NCBI GenBank assembly: GCA_039189765.1
Contig: JBCCYL010000020.1
Location: forward strand, 18,280-82,279
Direction: 5' to 3'
Origin: Cyanobacteria bacterium P01_F01_bin.150
GTDB lineage: Bacteria; Cyanobacteriota; Cyanobacteriia; CAKZMO01
Length of the DNA: 64,000 nucleotides
Under the pieces are notes generated by a model. The model did not search any database. It saw nothing but the letters and a program-made list of their open reading frames with translations, and had not been told where the DNA came from. Shown piece by piece: positions 41,163-50,500 of the stretch (its first letter is position 1; the number at the start of each line of letters is the position of its first letter). Made by a program: the position numbers and the translations under genes.

Positions 41163-43043
41163 ATGACACGCCCATATTTTGTTCCTGTGTTAACGTCCGC
41201 TATCAGTTTATGGGTTTTCCAAACTGCTGGATGGGCGACTGTTTCAAAAATGTCCGACGCTCTACCGCAGGAGCACGAAACCAACCGACAAAACAATTCT
41301 GAGATTGAGCCCCTATCTGAATCATCTGTTCAACCGTCCTCCTTTTTAGATAGGATTGCTCAACGCCCCGATCCTAACGCCGATCGGTTACTTCCATCTC
41401 CTGGCCCCATTGCCCCTCCAGAAGCGATTGACCAGACACCTGTTCTACCAACCGCACCGTCCAATACTGAGGCTCCATCTGAGGCTCCATCTGAGGCTCC
41501 GGTTGAATCTCCTGTTCCGCCATCATCGTCTCCAACTGTTCCCGCACCTCAATCCGGAACAACTATCCCAGTCCAATCCATTAATGTTTTGGGCAGTACG
41601 GTTTTTGATCAAGACGACTTGGCCTTTATTCTGAATCCCTTGGAAGGCCAAAATGTTACGTTAACAGAACTACAGCAAGCAGCAGATGCCATTACCCAGC
41701 TCTACCTAAATGAAGGGTATTTGACCTCACGGGCGATTTTAATTGCCCAAGAGGTCGTGGATGGCGTTGTTACGATTCAAATTATTGAAGGTCGAATTGG
41801 AGAGATTCAGGTAGAGGGAACCGAACGGTTAAAAGAGCGATATGTTCGACGACGAATTGAGTTGGGCACCAATATTCCTCTGAGAACGGATCAGCTCGAA
41901 AACCAATTACGGCTTCTGCGATCAGATCCACTGCTAGAAAATGTAGAAGCCAGCTTAAGAGCTGGGGATGAGCTAGGAGAAAGTAAGCTAATTGTTAAAG
42001 TGACCGAAGCCGATCCACTTTTTGGCTCGGTGCGTGCGGATAATTACTCTCCACCCAGCGTAGGGTCGGAACGAACAGGAATCACCCTTGCCCATCGCAA
42101 CCTGACAGGATTCGCGGATCGGCTGTCAATTTCTTACGATCGCACCACCCAAGGAGGGTCTAATGTCTTTGACTTTAACTATCAAATCCCCGTAAATCCA
42201 ATGGAAGGGACGATTCAATTGCGCACGGTTATTGAGAATAACCGAGTGCTGCAAGAGCCGTTTGATGAGTTTGATATTGAAGGAGAGTCTGAACGCTATG
42301 AGATCAGTTTTCGCCAGCCCTTAGTGCGATCGCCCCGAGAAGAGTTTGCCCTCTCCCTTGGCTTTAGCCATCGTGACGGTCAAACATTGGCCTTTGATCT
42401 CATTCCCATTGGGTTGGGCGCAAATGATCAAGGGAAAACCAGCACCAGCGTTTTTAGATTTGGTCAAGAGTATGTGCGTCGGGATGTACAGGGAGCCTGG
42501 GCATTGCGATCGCAGTTTAATATCGGTACCGGGCTGTTTGACGCAACGACCAATGATCAAGAACCCGACAGTGAATTTTTAAGCTGGCTGGGCCAAACTC
42601 AGCGGGTCCAGCGCCTAGGCAATGATCATCTCTTAATTTTTCAGCTAGATGCTCAGCTTACGGACAATGCACTACTTTCATCGGAGCAGTTTGTCATTGG
42701 TGGCGGCCAGTCCTTACGGGGCTATCGTCAAAATGCCCGTGCGGGAGATAGTGGCCTTCGTTTTTCAGTAGAGGATCGAATTACCATCGCTCGAAACGAA
42801 GCCGGGGCGGCCACCTTCCAGCTAATTCCCTTTTTTGATATGGGTACAGTGTGGAATGATGACGACAATGCAGAACTGGCCGATCAGCGTTTTTTGGCCG
42901 GATTGGGGCTGGGAATGTATTGGGAAATTATGCCCAATGTCGATGTTCGCCTAGATTTTGGTATTCCCTTAGTTGACCTAGACGATCGAGGCTTTAATAT
43001 CCAAGACGATGGGATTTACTTTAGCGTGGGCTATGAACTCTAA
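41163..43043 (+). CDS. ShlB/FhaC/HecB-family (TpsB) secretion/activation outer-membrane protein
   Basis: POTRA (ITQLYLNEGYLTSRA), DNYSPPSVGSER, IGGGQSLRGYRQN, QDDGIYFS. Confidence 0.92.
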   Translation: MTRPYFVPVLTSAISLWVFQTAGWATVSKMSDALPQEHETNRQNNSEIEPLSESSVQPSSFLDRIAQRPDPNADRLLPSPGPIAPPEAIDQTPVLPTAPSNTEAPSEAPSEAPVESPVPPSSSPTVPAPQSGTTIPVQSINVLGSTVFDQDDLAFILNPLEGQNVTLTELQQAADAITQLYLNEGYLTSRAILIAQEVVDGVVTIQIIEGRIGEIQVEGTERLKERYVRRRIELGTNIPLRTDQLENQLRLLRSDPLLENVEASLRAGDELGESKLIVKVTEADPLFGSVRADNYSPPSVGSERTGITLAHRNLTGFADRLSISYDRTTQGGSNVFDFNYQIPVNPMEGTIQLRTVIENNRVLQEPFDEFDIEGESERYEISFRQPLVRSPREEFALSLGFSHRDGQTLAFDLIPIGLGANDQGKTSTSVFRFGQEYVRRDVQGAWALRSQFNIGTGLFDATTNDQEPDSEFLSWLGQTQRVQRLGNDHLLIFQLDAQLTDNALLSSEQFVIGGGQSLRGYRQNARAGDSGLRFSVEDRITIARNEAGAATFQLIPFFDMGTVWNDDDNAELADQRFLAGLGLGMYWEIMPNVDVRLDFGIPLVDLDDRGFNIQDDGIYFSVGYEL

Positions 43044-43065
43044 ACCAGTAGCCTGAAACCATACT

Positions 43066-43275
43066 TTAGCGGGCATCAACAACATCGCGAATTAGCGGCA
43101 ACCGCGAACGAACATAGTGGCTGTAAGTATCCGTTTCTTGGTGGTTTAGGGGGTGGGTTGAATCCACTTCAGACACGATCCAAGTTACAAGGCTATTATC
43201 GTCCAGATTTAGGAGCATGCTGGACTGGGTTTCTTCAATCAATTCCCAAATTTGGCGGATCATACGAGGAGTCAT
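43066..43275 (-). CDS. Small conserved cyanobacterial hypothetical protein
   Basis: MTPRMIRQIWELIEETQ...LDDNSLV.W...YVRSRLPLIRD, recognised from memory. Confidence 0.7.
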   Translation of the reverse strand: MTPRMIRQIWELIEETQSSMLLNLDDNSLVTWIVSEVDSTHPLNHQETDTYSHYVRSRLPLIRDVVDAR

Positions 43276-43586
43276 GGCATCTCTTCGCGCTATGGTGCGG
43301 CAAATGGATATGGACAAATAAAAGAATGGTTAGCCATTGGCCTACAGGTATTGCAGAAAGCCCAAGGCAAGCTAACCATGCTTCTTTTCTGACTATATCC
43401 CATTCAAAACATCCATCGCAGACAAAACAATAAGACGCAACAGGACTGACATATGCATTCATAACTACGTTACGCAGCATGAAGTTTTTTCAGGGATTAA
43501 CTCAGCCCATCAGGCAAGTAGGCCTGACCCATTTTGTCCCTCAAATTGGATGCCTATTGTGGGCTAAGAGTTCGGCCTGACATAGG

Positions 43587-44765
43587 TCATCCAGACTCAG
43601 CATAGACATCGGCCTCAATGGGATGCACCTGATGAAAGCGTGCATAATCGATGGCAAACCGTCCATCAGGCAAATGAGTAAACAGATCAACAAAGATCAT
43701 ATTTCTCAAAATATCAGTCGGTCCATAGGAATGTCGTGCATGCACCGTTTGAGACAGAGTTTCATCCAGCCCAGTCAACGTAATCACTAATTCCGTATCC
43801 GTTTCCATCAAATCAGCTTCGGTCATTTTATATAGAGGACTGTCTGGGGTAATCCCGTGCATTACCGTCCAAGAGAGGGCAAATACAGGGGTCTGCGATC
43901 GCACCAAGTCCAAATCATAAAACCGTCGCATGGCATGCCCCTCCGCCGAGACCTCATTCCGCACCAGAGTCATGGTCAGCTGCGCTTCGATAATCCGGTT
44001 ACGCCGCTGATTTGCGGCCCGAAACATTAAGGTTGGCACCCCATCATAATCAGTAATCACCGCCACCGTGCTAAACATCACCCGAGCAGTGGGACGAGAA
44101 AAGCGAGCAAACGTTAACCCCGTAACCATGGCGATCGCCATTAATCCGACTAACGACTCGATCGTCACCAGAATATTGGCATAGAGAGTCTGGGGGTGCA
44201 TCGCTCCATAGCCAATGGCTGCCATCGTTTGCACACTAAAGAAAAACGCATCGGCAAAAGAGTGGGGGTCTGCATTGGCAATAGAGGCTTCTCCCGTTAA
44301 GGGCAATCCCAACCAATAGCCCAATGCAAACAATGCATTGGCGGACAAATAGACAAAGCCAGTCCAGGCAAAAAAGGATGTCCAAGACATTGTCAGCATC
44401 GTATGGTAGCGATCGCGCCATAAATCTTTTGCATGCCCCAAGCGGACAATTTCCAATCGGCCATCTGGGTTAAACAGACGTTTATGGGGTAAAACCCTTT
44501 GGGCTTTGGACGAATGTAGACTAGGGTTACAGCCCGATTGCAGGATATATCCCTGCATCGGTAATACCCGGGGTGGCGATGCTGAATTAATATTACTCTT
44601 TGGCACCTGCTTCAGCACCGACTCTTGGCCATTGGGCTTATCACGAAACGTCTGCGACTGCCTTGCTGATTGACCGTTGGAGTCCGTCTTCCGGGCACCA
44701 GAACCCAGCCCTTGTTTGCTGGGACCTGACGAAGGCGAAGAAGCTTGCGGTCGAGAGTTTGACAT
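43587..44765 (-). CDS. Inward-rectifier potassium channel (KirBac family)
   Basis: DAFFFSVQTMAAIGYG pore, FARFSRPTARVMFS, PTLMFRAANQR, SWTVMHGITPDSPL. Confidence 0.92.
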   Translation of the reverse strand: MSNSRPQASSPSSGPSKQGLGSGARKTDSNGQSARQSQTFRDKPNGQESVLKQVPKSNINSASPPRVLPMQGYILQSGCNPSLHSSKAQRVLPHKRLFNPDGRLEIVRLGHAKDLWRDRYHTMLTMSWTSFFAWTGFVYLSANALFALGYWLGLPLTGEASIANADPHSFADAFFFSVQTMAAIGYGAMHPQTLYANILVTIESLVGLMAIAMVTGLTFARFSRPTARVMFSTVAVITDYDGVPTLMFRAANQRRNRIIEAQLTMTLVRNEVSAEGHAMRRFYDLDLVRSQTPVFALSWTVMHGITPDSPLYKMTEADLMETDTELVITLTGLDETLSQTVHARHSYGPTDILRNMIFVDLFTHLPDGRFAIDYARFHQVHPIEADVYAESG

Positions 44766-44838
44766 ATAAAGTTCGGCAGATAACGCTACAGTAGGTGTCC
44801 AGTCTAACGAATTTTAAAGTTATATTTCAGCCATCCTC

Positions 44839-45633
44839 ATGACACTCAAGAAAATAGCCGATGATGCTTCTGCACCTAGTGCTGCTATTGTTGAAGCCAT
44901 GGATACAGAAACATTGGCCACAACAGGAACGCTCTACGGCATTAGTGTGGGGCCTGGAGACCCAGATTTAATTACAGTAAAAGCCCTCCAAATTCTCCAG
45001 CAGGTAAAAGTGGTGGCCTGTCCGAAAGGAATGGGCGATCACCCCGGTATCGCCCAAGCCATTGTCGATAAATGGATTGGGCCACACCAAACGCTGATTC
45101 CTCTGATATTTCCCTATGTCCAAGATGAGGCAGAACTTGAAATGGCTTGGACCACTGCGGCTCAAACAGTGTGGCAGCATCTTTATCAAGGTCAGGATGT
45201 TGGGTTTATCTGTGAAGGCGATATTAGCTTCTACAGCACCTTTACTTATCTAGCACAAACGCTTCAGCGTCTTTACCCCGAAACCCAAATAGAAGCCATT
45301 CCTGGGGTGTGTTCTCCCATGGCCACCGCCAATGCGTTGGGCTTGCCGCTAACGATGCAATCACAACGGCTTACTATTCTGCCAGCGGTTTATTCCGTTG
45401 ACGAGATCAACAAGGCACTACAGTTTTCGGACGTCATTGTCCTGATGAAAATGAGTTCAGTCTACGATCAAATTTGGTCGCTGCTCCAACAAAAGGGATT
45501 GCTAACACATAGCCATGTGGTGGAATGGGCCACCCATCCGCAACAGAAAATCTACAGGGACTTACGCGATCGCCCCCACCTCAAGCTCTCTTACTTCTCA
45601 ATCATGGTTGTTTACAATAATCGCCCGGTTTAA
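44839..45633 (+). CDS. cobI: Precorrin-2 C20-methyltransferase
   Basis: LYGISVGPGDPDLITVKA, CEGDISFYSTFTY, IPGVCSP, VLMK, LSYFS. Confidence 0.92.
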   Translation: MTLKKIADDASAPSAAIVEAMDTETLATTGTLYGISVGPGDPDLITVKALQILQQVKVVACPKGMGDHPGIAQAIVDKWIGPHQTLIPLIFPYVQDEAELEMAWTTAAQTVWQHLYQGQDVGFICEGDISFYSTFTYLAQTLQRLYPETQIEAIPGVCSPMATANALGLPLTMQSQRLTILPAVYSVDEINKALQFSDVIVLMKMSSVYDQIWSLLQQKGLLTHSHVVEWATHPQQKIYRDLRDRPHLKLSYFSIMVVYNNRPV

Positions 45634-45652
45634 TCAGTCCTATTTAATCGCC

Positions 45653-46813
45653 CTATTTAACCGATTGCGATCGCCGTCCTGTTCCATTGCGGCTTTTCTG
45701 GTATCGAGAATGTTGGCTCAAAGTCTTGTATGCCGCCGTAATCGCCTTCATCCGCTGTTCAGCAAGCTGACGAAATTCCGGGGCTAAGCCATTCACTTTA
45801 TCCGGGTGATTGAGCCTAGCAATTCGACGATAGGCAGCCCGGATATCTTCCAACGACGCATTCGGCTTTACCCCTAAAACTTCATGGGCAGACTGCTTAC
45901 TGCTAAATCCATATTCACCGTAGCCATCTTTTCGCGGGGCCTGAGACGTATATTCCCGCTCCCAAGATTTACGAGGCGAAAGCCACTGTTGCACACTGCT
46001 AAATGACTTTGTAAATTGCTCTGCCAAGGTCAGACTGGATACATAAAACCTAAGGCTGACGCCGATAGAGGCCATTACCCTCAATAATCCGTACTGAACT
46101 TTAAATAATTTAGGATTATGGCGAATGGATTTATCTGGCTTGCCATCCGGCGTGACGTGCTGCCATGTCTGTCCCAGGATTTGAGCATCTCCTGGCAAAT
46201 CTCCCGCAATGTTGATTTGTTGGCGATCGCATCCCACTTTCAACGCACTATATGAAATAGCGCTATACAATCCCCGCCTCCACAAAAAAATATAATCAGG
46301 AAAAAAGAACAACGTCAGATAGCCAACATCAATGCTCCAAATTTTAATATTTGTTTCAATAAAGGGAGGCGCAAGACACGAAATCTTAACTGGAGCCTTA
46401 CTCAGACTAATAACCTGACTGGCTCCAGCGTTCTGTTGTTTATTCTTAACCGGTTTTCGAGCCGCCTCTACCCAAACCTTGTCAGCCTTGGCTAAAGTTT
46501 GACAGGCTTGTTGAATGGCAACAAAACGTAACTGGATATCATGGTCACACTTATACGAAAGGGTAACCGAGCGATTGTGCCGACGATAGTATTCCAAAAT
46601 GCCCGTAATTACGGCACCAATAAGTAAAAAGAAAAGCCCCAGCCATTCATAAGAGAACAACAAAGCCACTATCGACAGGGCCACACTAACTCCGCCAGCA
46701 ATTTTGGCATAGTTGGGTTGGTGGATTCGATGATTAATATCAGAAATAATTTCACCAATTTGCGGTCTTGGCGTGTTGACGTGAGACTTCCCTACTGAAA
46801 TGTCAAAGCGCAT
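45653..46813 (-). CDS. Membrane protein with C-terminal DnaJ (J) domain
   Basis: Two TM helices, TWQHVTPDGKPDK, HEVLGV...AYRRIARLNHPDK...MKAITAAY. Confidence 0.8.
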   Translation of the reverse strand: MRFDISVGKSHVNTPRPQIGEIISDINHRIHQPNYAKIAGGVSVALSIVALLFSYEWLGLFFLLIGAVITGILEYYRRHNRSVTLSYKCDHDIQLRFVAIQQACQTLAKADKVWVEAARKPVKNKQQNAGASQVISLSKAPVKISCLAPPFIETNIKIWSIDVGYLTLFFFPDYIFLWRRGLYSAISYSALKVGCDRQQINIAGDLPGDAQILGQTWQHVTPDGKPDKSIRHNPKLFKVQYGLLRVMASIGVSLRFYVSSLTLAEQFTKSFSSVQQWLSPRKSWEREYTSQAPRKDGYGEYGFSSKQSAHEVLGVKPNASLEDIRAAYRRIARLNHPDKVNGLAPEFRQLAEQRMKAITAAYKTLSQHSRYQKSRNGTGRRSQSVK

Positions 46814-47571
46814 ATGTCCTATGAGGTAGAGGCCAAGCAATAGACAGGAACTGCATCAACTTATCCAATGCAATACGTTATTTCCTCAATACAAGCCATT
46901 CTAAAGGGAGACCGGGTAAAACCCGAAAATTTCCAACGGAGTAAGGGCTGTTTTTGAGTCAATTTTTTGAAATATTTTTCTCTAAGGCAGTGTTAAATCT
47001 TGCCTCTTTAAATCAGCACCTAAAGGTATGGATCTTGTCAACCGCTAGGACACTTAAGTATCTCTAACAAGACTCTGAATGCTGATCATGCAGACCTAGT
47101 AATTTCACAGTAGACATTTTTCAAAGACAGAGTGCCAATATCTGCTACCCTGTCACTCAGGCTCATCGTTGAGGCCTATTTAAGTTTAAGTGGCTGGATA
47201 CCGTTTCATTTCATGGTCTCGATTATTAGGAGTACCGTTTTCCATTTATTCATTTAACTTAAGGAATTAAGAAATGAGAAGGAACATCCAGAGTTGTTAA
47301 GTTCTCGTTACAGAAGGGCGACGCAGATCACATCCTCTTCACACTCATATATCGTATATTACACAACGTCGAAAATATACGCAGTTTTCTTACAATCTAG
47401 GTCTCAGTAAATCCTCTGATCATATGAGAACATAGACTTTATGATTCTACATAAGGGTTGCATCCACTATCTATATCTACGAAAAATCATCTAAATAATT
47501 GACGCGCAAGAGTAAAAAAGCGTTGATTTTACATCATTAATTCTACCTAAGATTAAAGGAGCATATCCACA

Positions 47572-50500
47572 ATGCATCACCAAGTTCAGGAAAATTGTGA
47601 CCCTGTAATATCCAGTACCTCAAGCACTCTAGTTATTATCGACTCCAGCATTGATGACTATCAGTCTATGCTAGAGGACTTAAGGGGACGACACTATACC
47701 TATGTACTGTCCGCAGAAGAAGACGGCATCATCCAGGTTACTGACTTACTGAACCAATTGGAGACGATTACATCGCTTCATATTGTCTCCCATGGTTCAC
47801 CAGGGACGATCTTCCTGGGTAATAGAGAACTCAGCGTAGCAACTCTGACTTCCTACGCTCCTCAACTCAAGACCTGGTTCCCGTCCATATCGGATGCTTC
47901 GCTGGCTCTGTATGGCTGTAACGTCGCGGTAGGCGATGCTGGAGAAGAGTTTCTCCGTAAGCTTCACGTCCTAACCCAGGCCGATATTGCAGCATCCACT
48001 ACATCTATTGGTCAAACTAAGCTTGGCGGTAATTGGGATTTAGATTATCGTCTTGGCACTTCTGGGACCGTTCTTTTCTCAGAGCACTTTCAACAGTCTT
48101 ATGCAAGTGTCCTGGCAACCCCCGTTACAAATCTCTTTACAACAACAGCAGATGCCACGCCGACGACCATCGTTTCAGATGGAGTCGGTGACCCAGCTTC
48201 AGAATTTGCTGGTGATACCACTTATACCACCCGTTTTGGGCGAGGGGATGACATCATTCTTACTGGGTTTGAAGTCAACATTGGTGGAGTGATTCAAACC
48301 TTTAGTACTGAACTGGGTGGCCTCACATTAGACTCAGCCATTAAAATTCAGCGGAATACCGCTAATGCCGATGCTAATACCCCATTTTTTGCGCTTCAAA
48401 GTGATCCTCGCCCTGACCCATTAAATGATCCACAATATGAGGCCGAATTCATCGATATCATTGGCTCAGAAGTGCCAGATGACGACGCTGCCCTTAATGG
48501 CGATATTATCAATCGAGGTATTGAAGCAGTATTTGTTAACGAAGGCCAAAGTGCCTCTAATATTGAGCGTCTGGACTATATCCTCACAACGCCAGTGCGC
48601 ACCACTGATGCCAACGAATTAGACAGCGTTGGCTTCTTAATCGTTGAACGGGGGGGAAATGACTCCTTTCAAATTGCTCCCATCTTGGCGCTCGATGCGA
48701 ACAACGACCCCACTGCTTATGGTGATTTGATCACTGTAAACGCAAATGATTTCGGTGCCACGGATCAAGAGATTTTAGCGGTCCAATATACTCAAGAGAT
48801 GGACGATCCAAACCTCAGGCCCGATAATATTTTTAACCGAGGCGGCTCGACCCAAAATATTGGCGCAGTTTATATCTCTTGGGACGATTTGGGTATCGAT
48901 GTAAATGAGAATGTATTTGGGTATTCCCTATTTGCTCCTGATACTAATCCCGCGAATGGTGATTTATTAGATGTCAACAGTGGTGCATTTCCCACGAACA
49001 CCACAGGAAGGTTTCAAGGCAGTGGGAACTCTCTTGACCCGATTGCGGGTGGTCTCCTTTTTGTGAGTGACACCGTCGATGATCTGGTCTCCATTGATAC
49101 CGATCAGGACGGGGTTGATGATGTGATCGACCTAGATGATGATAATGACGGGATTCTCGATGTGGATGAAGGGGCCGATGATAATCGGGACACGGATGGG
49201 GATGGCATCCCTGACTATTTGGATATTGATTCAGACAACGATGGCATCCCCGATAATGTAGAGGCACAAACTACCGCAGGCTATCGTGCCCCAATCCCGG
49301 ATGGCCCGGGTGCCGATACCAATGATAACGGCATCAATGATGCCTATGACCCTGACATTGCTGGCAGCACTCCCCTTACCATCGCTAACTTGGTCAATAC
49401 GGATGACGACCCTATCCCGGATTATCTAGACCCAGACAGCGATAACGATGGGATCCCTGATGCTGCGGAAAATAACGAAACCGCCAATGCGATTGTAGAC
49501 CCAAATGCGGATGCGGATGGGGATGGTCTGAATGATGTCTTTGATTCGGTGGACAACAGCAACGGGACATGGGATGTTAATGATGATATTGACACACCAT
49601 CCACAGATTTACCCAATACAGATGGGAATGATGCCGATGTTGACTATCGGACCGCCCCAATTCCCGTTGGTGATGATGCCGACCAAGATGGCATTCCAGA
49701 TATAGAGGATCTGGATGATGACAATGATGGCATCTTGGATACTGTTGAAGACCGGGGTGTCCCGAATCGAGACACCGATGGTGATGGTATCCCCGATAGA
49801 CTGGATTTGGATGCGGATAATGACGGTATTTTAGATATCATTGAAGCCGGACACACAGAAGCAGATCCGGATGGAGATGGCCGGGTTAATACACCTGTCG
49901 GAGCCAACGGGTTTGCAGATGGACTTGAAACGACTCCAGAAAGCGGGAGCGCCAACTATACGGTTGCAGACACCGATAATGAGGGAGTTCCTGACTTCCA
50001 AGATCTAGATTCTGATAATGATGGGCTGTTAGATGTCACCGAAGGCGGTAGCCAGGATCCTGACGAGGATGGTCTAATCGGCGTTGGCGTACCCACTGTT
50101 AACGATGCAGGTATTGCCAATGACATTAATCCTGCTGTTGGTGGAACCTCAGCCCCTGTGCCAGACACAGACGGTAATGGCACGCCTGATTTTCGATCAT
50201 TAGACAGCGACAGTGATACCATCCCTGATTTAGAAGAAAGCGGCATTAATGCGCCCGATGAAAATAATGATGGTGTAGTAGACGGTCCTGATACGGATGG
50301 TGATGGAATTGTAAATCCTGTTGATCGCGCTGAAGGCGTATTTGGAACTGCGCCTGGTGATAGCGATGGGGACGGCATTCCAGATTCAGAAGATATTGAT
50401 GATGACAACGATGGCATTCTAGACACGGTAGAAGAGCGCGGTGTGCCAGGTCGCGATACGGATGGCGATGGCGTTCCCGACAGCCGTGATTTAGACACGG

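Noticed and set aside
3..43043. TpsA-like gene and TpsB gene as a dedicated pair
   Set aside because: About 38 kb apart and cyanobacteria carry many paralogues of each, so pairing is unsupported
46840..47570. Long intergenic region upstream of the surface protein, checked for riboswitch or ncRNA
   Set aside because: No recognisable motif or convincing structure by eye
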